Positions 29,312-43,704 of a stretch of 64,000 nt of DNA are shown in pieces (position 1 is the stretch's first letter; each line of letters begins with the position of its first letter). The stretch covers positions 1,027,759-1,091,758 of the forward strand of contig JALDTO010000266.1 of assembly GCA_023515725.1 (NCBI GenBank). Direction: 5' to 3'. The notes under the pieces are model-generated. The model saw only the letters and a program-made list of their open reading frames with translations. It did no database searches and was not told where the DNA came from. The DNA is from Amoeboaphelidium protococcarum X5. Lineage: Eukaryota; Fungi; Aphelidiomycota. A program made the position numbers and the translations under genes.

Positions 29312-29566
29312 ATGCCATTAGCAGTTGATCTATTGAATCCTACTCCAGAGACTGAGAAGAAGACTCACAAATTGAAGAGACTCGTATAGTCGCCAAACTC
29401 ATATTTCATGGATGTGAAGTGCGGTGGATGCTTTGCTATCACTACCGTGTTCAGCCACGCACAGACTGTTGTGTTGTGCCATGCTTGCTCTGCTGTTCTG
29501 TGCCAGCCAACTGGTGGTAAGGCTCGCTTGTAGGAAGGATGTTCTCACAGAAAGAAGATTAACTGA
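29312..29566 (+). CDS. RPS27: 40S ribosomal protein S27 (eS27), 84 aa
   Basis: [10 protein letters not shown]...[19 protein letters not shown]...[14 protein letters not shown]...[11 protein letters not shown]; the conserved Q is TAG at 29387-29389. Confidence 0.97.
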
Positions 29567-29676
29567 ACATATATATATGATATACGCTGAGATAATATAA
29601 AAATTAGTCCAGTGACTGCAATCATAGATTTTGCATTAGATTTCATCATTAACGCGTCATCAATATTGCTGGCTCT

Positions 29677-31988
29677 TCACTATTACTACGACTACTGCTA
29701 CTATTACTATGGGAGCTAGATTTGACACATTTCTTTAGTGGCGGGGATTTCTTTAATTGTACTTTGAACATTACTGGTTGCCTTCTTGCGCTTCTTAGTC
29801 ACCCCTCCTTCTACAGCACCTTCATCACCTTTTTACTTTGCATTACTAGTCCTTTTCTTTGGTTTAGCTACAGCATTCAATTCTGACACCTTCTTTTCAT
29901 CACCAGTAGCAACCGCGACAGGTGGAGGGGACAGAGATAATGGGAATTTCAAGTCCAGCAATGGCAACACTTTCAGCGTCTGGAACAGAGGCGGTGATAA
30001 ATCTGCTGCAATAGAATCTTTCACTATGAACACCGGATAAATTTCTGGAATTATAGTTAGAACCCTCTTTGTTTTATTAATGCCAGATTTAGGACTGCTA
30101 TTAGCACTCTAGCGAACCGCATCATTATCATCTTCGCCTTCATCCACCCGCTCATCTTCTGACAAGTATCCTTCTGGAACCAGCCAGCCATCTTCGTCGC
30201 CTTCTTCCACAGACTCGGCGTCATCATTATTATCATCATCGGATACCAAGTCTTCACCCTCCTCTTATTCATCTTCATTCGCAGCCCATTCCTCATCACT
30301 GTCATAATCATAGTCAATCTCAGAGATGAGTTGGAAAGGGCGGCGATTGATCTTTTACACGTTACTCTTGTTGCCATTACCATAGAACGCAGGTCGAAAG
30401 TTGTCCTGAAACTGTCTTAATTGCACTTTTGCATTGGGCACTAAACTGACAATTTCCACCGGTACAGAGCCGAGAGTCTTGGGCTTAGTTAATTTTGATC
30501 TTTAGTGAACCAAGTTATGATAGAATTCAGAATACGATACATCTTCTTGTACTTTCTTTATGGCATCGAGAGAAGGCTTTATAGCAAAATTTCTTTGGTA
30601 AATTGAAACATGACTTCTAGTGTTCACAGCAGGGAAATAATCATCAAATGACTTTTCAGACTTCTTTGCAACTGCAGATGAAGCACATGTGGACACAGAC
30701 ACATCAGCCTTCTTCATAAAAAATCCAGAGATTCTCTTCTAGCTCTTATCTTGCACCTTGGTTGAACTAGAAGCAGCGGATTTCTTGGATGCTGTAGTAG
30801 CAGCTTTCTTCAGATTGGCTTTAGACTATTTAGCACTCGGAGTCTTTGTTACTTCACTAGGAGGACCAAATTCCGAGGCTGGCACCAAGTCATTACACTT
30901 GTCAGGTTGAGAAGCGAGCACTTTAAAATCTGGTTCAGACTATGGAATACTCTTTATGCGAGACTTTTTACCAGCAGAAGCGGAAGACTGTTACAACTTT
31001 TATTCATCAGTTAAACTATTCCAGTAACTTTGCAACTGTTCAGTGTATAGAGTCCTCGCAAGACGCCTAGATTCTAACTAAGACGCAACAGACGCGGAGA
31101 ATAGCTTCAAGTCGATACTCTCCCACTTTAGCTTATTCAAACACCCAGGGATACTATAATCTTTGCGAACAGCAACTTTGGAAATGACAGCCATAATAGT
31201 TTCAGCAGTCAAGATCTATTTACCAGAAGCATCGCACAATGCTGAAGGATTCAACTTTTTCACCAGATTCTTTGACAAAGCCGGTAAAGTCAACTCAGAT
31301 TCTTCAACTAGAAGAGCAATAAGAGGCAATTAGTCATCTTTCAAAGAGGTGATAGGCTCTTTCTAATTAGATAGATACTGGTAGAATTCGGCCAGCTTTT
31401 ATATACATTCAGGCAGCTGGTCCAATTAAAGCTTCTTTTCAACCATAAATGCAACTTTTCCGTTGCGAATAACTGGCTTAAACTAGGGATTACTTTATAC
31501 TGATGTGGACTCAACAACTTTATCATCCTTCCCAGGATCAACGGCAGAAAGCATAGAGTTGCTATTAACAGAGGGCAATGTCTCAAAAGTCTTGAGCTAC
31601 TTCAACAGCGGCTTTACTGGAGAGTCTGCAAACTCATCCGCAACTGAAGGAGTGCAAACAGCAGATGTTATCACCTTATCCTCAGTCTGATCTTGAGAAG
31701 ATTAACTGGAGAACAATTACTGATTAAGTCGAGAACTACCAGTAGAAGTGGCCTTGATCCAATCGGACATATCCAGCGGCTTGATATTCACTCTGAGACA
31801 CGGTGAGCTAGGTAGAGACGCAGCCCGGTTGCATTAACTTGAGTTCAAATTCTCATCTTATTCTACAATAGATGAGTCACAAGCTGGTAAAATGAAACAA
31901 TATTGCATTTGAACTTACCGAATGTCTTTCTCTTATTAGGAGTCAAGAACTTCCGTTACACCACCTGTAAATCCTTGCGATTTTGCAT
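29677..31988 (-). CDS. CHAF1A: Chromatin assembly factor 1 large subunit (p150/Cac1/Rlf2); intron 31863-31918
   Basis: PIP box QKRISGFF (Q encoded by TAG), DNFRPAFYG, IDYDYDSDEEW and DGWLVPEGYLSEDE. Confidence 0.85.
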
Positions 31989-32209
31989 ATAGTCTACTAC
32001 TTTACAAGTTGCTGTATCTATCACTCGTCAAATCGTGACCGTTTCATAAAAACAGAAAAGAGAAAAACTCCAGTCAGAGTGAAACAGAAATTTGAGAAAT
32101 TTTCCGCTTTTGGTTCTCGTCGCGTCTCTGCTGTCCTGAGCAGTAAGCTTTCCTCTGTTAGTGTGACCAGTTGACTATAGCAAAGTTACGTACGCGTTTG
32201 CCAGTCCCA

Positions 32210-33281
32210 ATGGAAAAGTACGCGTTTCTGCAAGTTGGCCATGATGGTGCCTTTGGTCAGGTGGACTTTTATGAGAGAATACATGATGGCCTTAAAGTTG
32301 CGATTAAACGCGTGTATCCTCAGTCCGTGTCTCGATCGTACTAGCCCACTGACAGCGACAATCTCTTTAATATCCACAAAGAAGTGGAGATTCTCTCTAA
32401 ACTATAGCATTAGAATGTATTTGTGCTTTATCAAGTATACGTGTACTTAATATAATAAACGTTTTGTAGATTGTAAAGTATATTGAACACTTTGACTTTG
32501 AGCATTAGCTGTGTGTGGTGTTGGAATATCTTGAAACGACTCTTGATGCTGTGATCAGCTCTAAAGATTATGTTATGGATCGAAAGCAAGTTCTCAATTG
32601 GACACTAATGCTTTTGGAAGGATTATCATATCTGCACAACCATAATGTGATGCATCGAGACATCAAGCCTGCTAATTTAATGTTGTCACACGATGGCAGT
32701 TTGCGTATTTGCGATTTCGGACAAGCTGTCGCATACAAATCAGGCGGAATTTACTCTCATCAAGTTTCATCCAGGTAGTTTTGACGATTTTATATAACTT
32801 TATCTGTATTAATGTCTTCTCTTTATGTAGGTGGTACCGAGCTCCCGAAATTCTTTTTGGTTCAACCAAGTACAATTAGAAGATTGACATGTGGTCCGCT
32901 GGTTGTGTGATTGCAGAAATGTTCAATTCTAAGCCTCTATTTCCTGGACAGTCAGACATCAATCAAATTATTATAGTGTTTAGCATGTTGGGCACACCTA
33001 CAGATGAAAATTGGCCGGTAAGTTAGTTCTGATCGTGATCGTAGAAATAGTTATTTCAATTCTCGCATACATTCATTGTGTAGTCTCGCGTGGACACTCC
33101 CGATTACGCCAAGATTCAATTTAATGCATAAGATCCCTTGCCATGGACCTAAATTTTGCCACATTGCAATTTACCAGATATCAATTTAATTTCCCGACTC
33201 CTCACCTACGAGCCAGGGTATAGATGTTCTGCGTAGGAAGCGTTATACCTGGTCAAAGAATTGTTATAAAATTGTTGTTGA
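32210..33281 (+). CDS. CDK20: CDK20/CCRK-like kinase; introns 32417-32469, 32775-32830, 33018-33083
   Basis: VAIK, HRDIKPANL, DFGQ, YSHQVSSRWYRAPE, PLFPGQSDINQ and PDYAKIQF (CDK20-type HQV and PDYxKI). Confidence 0.8.
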
Positions 33282-33527
33282 AACGAGCGTGTCATTCCCT
33301 CTCGATCTCCTTCTCTCTCCCTTTCTAATTTTAAAGTCCACTATGATTGTCGCCCAGAAACCGTTTCTCGTTCCTTTTCCTGGTCGCCGAGATCGATTTG
33401 CTTTTTTCTAAAACTATTTCTGCAGACATTTCTTTCTGTCCACGTAGCGGGACCCCTTTCTGGTACATTCGCTCAACATACCGCTTCTCTGTATATATAT
33501 AGTGGCTTCAAAGTGTATACATTTCTG

Positions 33528-34895
33528 ATGATGGGGGTGCTTGTTGTGTATCAATTCTTGGTGTATCTCATTTACTCAGTTGCTCTGTTTTTCTGGGTAT
33601 TCATGTTTAGCTGGACTATATGGGGGGTTTCATTGGCACGACGGTAATTTTGTGAAAGTCGACCTCGGAAGTTGGTAGAATATCCTGGTGTTTCTATACT
33701 GCGGCCACTACGAGGCTTGGATGTTAATTTGGAAGCTGATTTGAGGACTTCGTTCGAGCTGGACTATCCCAAGTTTTAGCTGTATCTCTCTGTTGCAGAT
33801 GAGAATGATCCGGCCATTGAAGTTGCGAATAAGTTAATTGCTCAATATCCCAATGTGGATGCTAAATTGCATGTCGGTGAGTCTGTAATTGGTGTAAATC
33901 CAAAGATCAATAATCTTATACACAGCTACATTAATGCCAAGTACGATTTGATATGGATATGCGACAGTAATATATCTATAGACCGGGACACTTTACTTCA
34001 TGCAGTCCCTCATTTCCAAGATCCTAATGTGGGAATTGTACACCATGCACCTGAAGGCATAAATGGAGACTCCTCTGTTGGAGCATAGTTGGAGGAGCAC
34101 TTTCTCAATACAGCACACGCAAAGATTTATCTGGGCTTTAATTGGGCTGCCGTGGACAGCTGTGTCATGGGAAAATCCACAATATTTCGCAAGTCTGATC
34201 TGGATAAGAAAGGTGGTTTGGCAGCATTTGGGAAGTATCTGGCTGAAGATAATATGATTGGATTAGCCATATGGTCTATGGGCATGCGACATGTGATGAG
34301 TTAGAAGACTGCCAAGTAATCTCTGCTTAAATCTTCAATTTACGATTATGTAATGCGTCGGAGTAGGTGGACGAAAATTCGAGCATATTCAATGCCTGTT
34401 GTCACTATCATTGAACCGTTTACTGAGTCTATTGTTAGCGGCTTAACGGGAGCTTTTGCTCTCCATAATCTATTCAACCTCCCTTTTTGGACTGTTTTTG
34501 GGATACATATGCTCATCTGGTTCATGTGTGACTATATGTTAACTATCCTCATTTCTCGTCAAAGTATATCGAATCCTCTCTGGTTTACATACACTTGGAT
34601 ACTGAGGGAGTTGTCAGCTGTCCCAATATACATATACTCTATTTTGAGTAGGAATGTTGTATAGTGGCGCGGTAGGGAGTACTTGCTCCGGATGGAGGGC
34701 CTAGTTGATAGATTGGATAATGTGAAGAATATCAATGGAGATGGCTATGATAATTACCGGCTATCTATGCTCAAGTCATTTTAGTCTTGCTTCGTGGTGG
34801 ATCTATCTCGGTTGGTGCTAGACAAAACTTCGTTACTGTTAAATGGCAACAAGAATTATTAAGCCTCGTAACAAGCTGTAGTTAAAGTTAATTGA
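33528..34895 (+). CDS. UGCG: Ceramide glucosyltransferase (GT21)
   Basis: [48 protein letters not shown] and WILRE. Confidence 0.93.
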
Positions 34896-34978
34896 TATCA
34901 GAATAGATACTTGTATTTTATACTCCAATTCCTAGTTAATTAGTTAATATATTTCTTCACTTCACACGGTATCATCCA

Positions 34979-35953
34979 TCAACCTGACTTGGGAGCATAA
35001 GGTGTGACTAGCATTTCGCTAAAGCTCTTTATACTGTCTGGCCCACGAACTTCCTTTGTTAGCAGCGGCAGTTCAATGATGTGAAAGTCTTCATATAAAT
35101 CGTGATACTAATCGAGATACTTTTGCTGCATCTTTCGTCTAACGAGACACTACTCACAGTTAGAATCCTCTTTAGGATAAAGCAGCTGATTGACGATAAT
35201 GTTGTGGGTATCAATATTAAATTGAGTCAACTCCTAGATCATTCGCTCAGTCTCATACAAGGAGAGAAACTCTGAGATACACACGCAGACGAATGTGGTC
35301 TTGTCAGGATCTTGGAATTACGCGTTAACTTCAGCGATGGTGCTGCGCATAGTCTCCAGCTTGTCCGTGATAGATCCTTATTCTGCCTGTAAGCCCAGCA
35401 TTGGCCCAAACTGCTGCATCAGAGGACCAAAGCGGCCAGTCATCTCACTCAACTTCTCCAGGCCCTTCTCCAGGACGGTGGGGAATGAGAGAAAACGAAG
35501 AGTGTGCCCTGTAGGAGCCGTATCAAACACCACCACTGAGTAGTCCATCGACTTGACAAGTTTCATCACCTCAGCGAAACCCATAGCTTCATCCACTCCA
35601 GGAATATTAAAAGCCAGATCCTTCATCAACTATTGCGGGAGCGCGCCAGACTCTGATTGATTATCCACCATCTCCTGGATAGACGCCGTAGGATCAATCT
35701 CCATTGCGAACAAATTGTCAAAGCCATTAATCAACGTGGGATTCTTACCAAACTTTTGACCAAAAGCATCACTCAGATTGTGCGCTGGATCGGTCGAAAT
35801 CAGAAGTACCTTCTCCCTCACTTTCGAGAGCTGCGTGGCCAAGGCACAAGAATTGGTAGTCTTACCGACACCACCTTTTCCACCGACAAAGATCCACTTG
35901 AGGCTAGTCTGATCTAGAATGTTTTATATTGAAGGCTCCGGTCTTTCGTCCAT
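34979..35953 (-). CDS. GET3: GET3/ASNA1 tail-anchored protein targeting ATPase, 324 aa
   Basis: [47 protein letters not shown] and [10 protein letters not shown]. Confidence 0.97.
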
Positions 35954-36716
35954 TAAAATAGTTTGTTCGTAGATTACCGATTTTGAGAAATGAAGTTGGA
36001 ATTGAACGTAAATAAGCCAAGCGATTGGCACAGATTAGAAAGATCTATCACCGTACGAGTCATAACAGACGCAGTCGACACGCTTTATGCGCGCACTTGT
36101 AGTCGGAAGAGTACAAGCAGGATAGTGCTGGCGGAGTGTATGGAGTCTAGAGCGAACTAAGTACACAAAGTGGATGGTTAAACGGGCTATATGTTAAGGT
36201 TTAGAAAGAGATAGGAGGAGGGAAGGGTGGCCCCAGTGAAGGAGCGACAAAAATTCTTTTGCACATAATGCAAAAAGGGATTGAAACTAGAATAGTTTGC
36301 AATCAGCAATAACCGTACCTCAGTAAAACTTCAACGATAACGGTATCACAACTGTGTAAGAACACCGAGAAAAGAAAGATGGACACCCCGCGCCAGCTTT
36401 TAAACTGCTCGCCTTGCCGCTTCGGTTATCGCGTGTTTCGCGTTTGATCTCACTCACTTTGCCGATTGGTTTCACATTTTGGTTTCTGATCTCAATCTTA
36501 ACACTATATTCCACTCTATCACACTGTTAACAGGCTTAAACATATACAATATAAAAGCTGGTGTTGATTAATTTTGATTTAAAAGCCTTTACTTGGTCAT
36601 GTTCTTTAGTCATGTGCAGTGTTTACGATTGTATAAACTTATGAACGTGTCATAATGACATACAGAAAGTATATGAAAAAGCTGAATATGAAAATCAAAA
36701 CCGCAATTTATTAAAT

Positions 36717-37653
36717 TCAAAATATTAATGGAACACTCTGAGGCACGGAGAAGCAAGTGGTTTTATATGGAGCATGTATAGTTAGGGGTTGTTCTTAATG
36801 TACGATACCGCACTGATCCAAATCCAACAAGCGCGGATGGACATAGGATTGGACTTGGACTCGGAAACCATTATTCTGTGCATAAGCAGTTAGAGAGTAG
36901 AGCTGATGGTGACCAGCTCCGTTTCTCAGGTGAACATTAAGAAAGACGCAAGAACCAGTCTACTGGGCTGTGTTCAACGCTGCAAACAGATTACCATGAT
37001 CAGCGTAATGAGTGAGACTGGGAAGCTATATTCTATGGACAACATCTTCAAAATTGTATCCAATAAATGAAGCCTTGTCAAGTGACATCAGCATCAGTTA
37101 ATGGTCCAAGAAAATTTCCCACCCCACCGGGAAATGACGTCAGAAGGGATGATTGGGGCAGCACTACTGGTGTCGACGGCCACATATTCAACGGATAGCT
37201 ATTAATTTTACATAAGAGACTCGTCTTTAATATATAGTGACATCGTATCCAGCTTCTTGGGTGACCGGCTTCCGGCATCGTCAGCGAGAGCAGATCTGGC
37301 CGATGACGACGATGATTGCGAGCTAACATCTGAGCCAGAAAGCAGAGAGCGCACACTAAGAGCACCGGATGAAGATTTAGCACTGATAGACTCATTCTCA
37401 CTGCACTGCCTCTATATTTTCTTATATATCGGTAGCTCACACCGTCCATGCAGTCATCCATTCGAGGCCTCCCTCGCTTGCGGTGATCTGAATCTTTACA
37501 GCAGTCAGCCTTACCACTGTTCACACATCTGGAGCAGGGCCTCTGCTCATCACACTTTAAATGGCTAGCCTTGCAATTAGTACATGCCACACTAACGTGG
37601 CCATTCTTTTATCGGAGCTTTTTCAGACTGTTCAATTTGTTATCCGGCTCCAT
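36717..37653 (-). pseudogene. Zn(II)2Cys6 transcription factor with a PAS-like C-terminal region, split across three reading frames
   Basis: ACTNCKASHLKCDEQRPCSRC...CCKD..RKRGRP in frame 1; Ser-rich linker in a second frame from about 37440; FIGYNFEDVVH...VHLRNGAGHHQLY in the third frame from about 37130 to TGA 36717. Confidence 0.6.
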
Positions 37654-37989
37654 GGTAGATGGTCGGGTGTTGTTTATCGCTAGAAAACAGAGGATTGGTG
37701 CGGAATGAAATCGAAAAAACGTCATCGGGGCTTTAGCCGGCCCCAACTTACGGTTACACATAGTAATCACACTTTGATCGATTCACACGAGATCGCCTCC
37801 CTGATCACAGAGACTGGCATCAGAAAACCGTGAACAATAATATCACACACTCCGAAAGATGTTAACTAAGTAGGCTTACTGTGTTTAAAGTATGTATTTC
37901 AAAGACTCGATATATTCCACTCCCCATAACAAAAGTTTCTATAGATATGAAGAAAGCTATCTTACTATTCAATTTCATTTCAGTTCAGT

Positions 37990-38511
37990 TCATTTTAAAC
38001 ACAATTTAGCAAGCTATGCCAGGATGATTGACTCATTCGAAACTTCTTTGCTGATGAAAATGTGTTCACACGATTCAGAGACAGATTAATCACCCTCGGA
38101 ACTTTTAAAATGTACGTACCAAGCATCATGATCAATGTACTTCTCAAGCAAAGACTGCTGATTAGAAGTAATTGCAGACTTATCAAGCACGCAACGATTC
38201 ACACGAACGCGCTGATTGTGGTATGCCAATCGCTATAGTATATTATCTGCAGTGGAATTAATTTACGACTCATCACTCCCATCCCGATTCATAGATAAGG
38301 AAATAAATGATACACTCTTTACATTTTCTGGCAGAACTATAGAAGGCCCGGTCAAGTGCTATAATATCTACACCACTTTTGGCATTTTCTAGTACTCGCG
38401 CTACAGCTTCACGTCATATAACGGATTTTGATAATTCTTCGCCACACTAAGGATCTTTTATCTAGTCAGATAAGGTAGCTCTTTGCCAATTTACATTGCT
38501 TTTTAAGCCAT
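37990..38511 (-). CDS. Probable mitochondrial ribosomal protein mL61/MRP49-like (L51/S25/CI-B8 fold), 173 aa
   Basis: TGA-free only under table 6. GPSIVLPENVKSVSF...LQRLAYHNQRV resembles the fungal Mrp49 pattern G.A.LP..V...LP.L.YHNP. Confidence 0.55.
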
Positions 38512-38679
38512 TTCTATATCCTAATATAATAACCACCGACGCGATATGTTGATGAGTTCTGTTTTTCTAAAGAGGTAACAAGACGCGTTTGATTTTTTTA
38601 AAGATCGTTCTCTCTTCAGAAAAAGGATAGACTAGTCCACCGCACTAAAATATTTTCATACGTATTTACACTTTTAGCG

Positions 38680-39504
38680 ATGACTACACCTGTTAGAATA
38701 CTTAATGCTGTATCCACTGCTTCTAATACAATAATTTAGTAAATAAAAACTGGTACTGATAGTTTGATTAATGGAAAGAAATATTCACTCGTCTCAAACT
38801 CTTAGTAATCGGATGTCTAAATGACTTCTCTTAACTCGAGTAATGGTGGTACTGTTAGAGGTGATTCTTAAAGTAGAAGAGGTGCTCAGAGTTAATTCAG
38901 ATCATCAAAATGGGACCCCAAATTAATAATTGCACAAATTCTGGCTGTTTAGAGCTCTGTATACGTTGCCTTGTTCACTATATTGTTTATATTCCGGTAC
39001 CAATTGGAACGAGTCTTCTCATTTGAGGTGTATGGCTCAGCGGATTTATTGTATTTACTTCTCTTAGTACCTCTTCTTGTATCTGCTGCTATTTTATATT
39101 TTGTAAAGCGGCCCAAACTATGTCTGGATTTTGGCTGTACGTTCTACGTGCTCCACCTTATTACTATTCTCATAATGCGGAGGCGCGATGATCATCTCAA
39201 TTCCCCATGGGCTATTCTCTATATCATCTCCTGCATATGCGCTGTTCTCCTCTCGGAATATCTCTGTATGAGAGTTGATATTGCTCCTATAGTGTTCAAT
39301 TCTGGTGCTCGGTCTCTACAACAATCGCGCAGCTCTGACGTGTAGTAATAGTAGTCGTCTTAGTAGACATCATCAGCTTAGTTGATAAATGCTCGTGGAA
39401 ATCATTCCGAAGACAATAATACTCTCACTGAAGTGGTGGTTAATTAAAGTTTGCGAAATTCAAGACCGTCATCTTAATCCCCTCGAGGCAAAGTGTCTAA
39501 ATGA
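38680..39504 (+). CDS. SYS1: SYS1 Golgi membrane protein with extended termini
   Basis: FRSSKWDPKLIIAQILAVQ, VKRPKLCLDFGCTFYVLHL and SEYLCMRVDIAPI. Confidence 0.88.
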
Positions 39505-39714
39505 TAATGCTCAAGAAGTTACTCTTTATATTGCTAGTTACTAAGCATGTGGACAATTGTCGTGTTTAATTGATGAATATAAATTCTCCGACTAGTGCTA
39601 CGGCTGTGTAATTTGAATAAATCACTTATTGAAATAAGTGAAATAATAAAAATTAGCAACATATAATTACTTGGATTAGGATATAGTAGTAATAACTAGA
39701 TTTAGATATCGCGC

Positions 39715-40992
<1,278 letters not shown>

Positions 40993-41307
40993 TCGCTTGA
41001 TCAAAATTTGACTAGATTTAATAATTGATGAACTTTCTCTGTGAAGAGACTGAATCTTTTACATTTCCTTAATTTGACAATTCCGCAGAAATTTCTTGTA
41101 ATTTAACGGCAGCAGTTACTCCTCAAAGTTCTCTGACCGTAGAAGCTTTGAGTGAGGAGAATCTGACTTTGGGCGCAGCTGAAAGTCTTCGCCGTCGCTT
41201 TAAGTCTGTTTCGTCACGTCTTTTCACCAGCTTTTGTGTACAAAACTCGCATTTATACAAGGATTTAAGTCTTTCTGTCAGTTTAAAAAACGACTAAGTG
41301 CGAAGGT

Positions 41308-42501
41308 ATGTTGAAGGTAGTTTAATAAGTTAGATTCGCTTCGTCCGCGGGAGGTCGCAACGTTCTTAAGAAGACTGCTCTGTATGATCTACATGTAAAG
41401 TCTGGTGGCAAGATGGTTGACTTTGCTGGATGGGCTATGCCGCTCTAATACCAAGGTAGAAGTATTATTGATGAGGTGCACCATACGAGAAACTCAGCGT
41501 CATTATTCGATGTTAGCCATATGCTGCAGTCACGCTTCTATGGTGAAGACCGCGTAAAGTTCTTGGAGAGCATCACGGTGTGTGACTTATAGAGCATGAA
41601 GGAGAATTAGAGCTCACTCACACTACTCATGAATGAGAGTGGAGGTATAGTGGATGATGCGATATTGAATGTTCAGAAGGATCATATTTTCATGGTGAGT
41701 AATGCTGGCTGTGCTGACAAGGATATCGCTCACGTTCAAAAGTATTTGGAGAGGTTTGGGAGTGGTAATGTTCAATTCCAGGTGTTGGATGAGTACTCTT
41801 TACTGGCGCTGCAAGGCCCTAAGAGTGCCTCTATACTGTCTCAGCTGAGTGCTAAATCTGATTTGAACGCATTTCCATTCATGTCCAGTTAGAAAATGTC
41901 TTTGAATGGTATCAAGTGTCTCGTATCCAGGTGCGGATACACTGGTGAAGATGGATTTGAGATTTAGGTGAGGTCTACTTAGGCTGAAGAGTTGGCGGAT
42001 ATTTTGCTAAAATTCAAGTCTCCACAAGGCGAGAAGTTGGTTGAATGGGCTGGTTTAGGAAGTCGTGACACTTTGCGTTTGGAAGCCGGCCTATGTCTAT
42101 ATGGGCACGACATTGATGAAACTATCAGTCCGGTGGAGGCGTCATTGGCATGGACCATAAGTAAGAAGCGAAGATAAGAACTTGGATTCCTAGGAGCTGA
42201 TAAGGTGTCTCATTAATTAAATAATCCCAAATCCGTGCAGAGACGCAGAGTGGGACTGATCGTTGATAAGGCGCCTGCGCGTGAAGGCTATGCTATCAAG
42301 AATGCTGATGGATCTGCTGAGATTGGTAAAATCACTAGTGGATGCCCATCACCAACTTTAAAGAAGAATATAGCCATGGGTTACGTCAGCAGCGGTAATC
42401 ATAAATCCGGGACTGAAGTGACGGTATCGGTTCGCGGCCGCGATCAATCTGCCACCATCACTAAAATGCCTTTCGTTCCAAGCAACTACCATAAAGTTTG
42501 A
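41308..42501 (+). CDS. GCV1: Glycine cleavage system T protein (aminomethyltransferase)
   Basis: [53 protein letters not shown] and KMPFVP. Confidence 0.96.
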
Positions 42502-42814
42502 TTAATGATTTTATGATTATCCATAAAGTAAATAGGTTCGTATTCGTCCATAAATTCAAGACGCAATTGACTTTTTTATTCTAAGTAGAGCCTTTATGAA
42601 TTTACTTATAACATCATCATCATCAACAGTGATGCATCGGGATCAGTCGGGTCGCGTCAAACTTTCCCACACTCGCCCGCCATTGTTTGATTCGCAAATA
42701 AGTTGAAACGTGTGTGTGTAGCCTTTTGTTCTTTCGTGTGTCGTTTCATATCGCTGCTCCACTTCTATAAACGTCAAAGCTTATTATTCTATTGTTCGTA
42801 GTGTCCTCATAATA

Positions 42815-43624
42815 ATGACGATGATGCAGTAAGTTTGATACACCGTACTCTTTTCTCACTTGATATTACTTGAGTTTGTGTGTAGGTACTCTTGCCTTTT
42901 GCTTCTTTGCGCTTCGTATTGCTCGATGATGGTCTCATCCTCAGTTGTTGACGTAAGCCGTCTCGGTGGTGATGACTCAGCCATGCAAAAGTAGTCTGTG
43001 AAATTCTACTAGAAGCGTGATGATGGTACAGATGATTAACGGTTGGCATACTTTGATGATGGCGAATACTCGTCCTCAGAATAATATGATGATGAGGATC
43101 AAATTCAAGTTGACGTAGGAGATGTACGAGCTGATCGTTTTGATTACTAGCACTTGCCTGTGCCTTACGTTGAACCTCTATAGGAGCATGACGTTATAAT
43201 GAGTTACGAAGATGTCGAGTATGAATATGATGGCTTTAATGTTGTAGATGAGGACTCGGATGATTAAATGAATGGCGAAGATGATGTTGAAACTGATGTT
43301 GGTGATTACGTGGCGTCAAACAAATAGGTACAATTGCGAAAGCGATCCATTAGTGCAGAGAGTTGGGATTAGTCTTAGAGAGATGATGGATTCAATGACT
43401 AGATTAACTAACCTTAATCTATGGAACAGTCTTTGCAAATCTGGTAAAGGAAGGTGACTAGGGATGCCCATTACATCCAAGTATCCTAATGCAAAAACAT
43501 GACCTCAACTTATGTCCTTCTGCTTCTATCATTGATGGCACTCTTGTCCACAATGACCTCCTTGTGGATACTGTTTATTCATACCGAGAATCGCGTGCTG
43601 CATGTTAAGTCCGTGAAGATTTGA
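42815..43624 (+). CDS. Orphan acidic secretory-pathway protein with a C-terminal TM helix; intron 42829-42885
   Basis: Spliced signal peptide MTMMQ/YSCLLLLCASYC, D/E/Y-rich body with QKR and RKR sites, TM YVLLLLSLMALLSTMTSLWILFI; TGA-free only with TAR=Q. Confidence 0.6.
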
Positions 43625-43704
43625 AGTTATGTAACGTATAATGTTTAAAGATGAAATGTATATTTATTGATTGTATAAAGTATATTAATGCTATTAGTAC
43701 CAAG

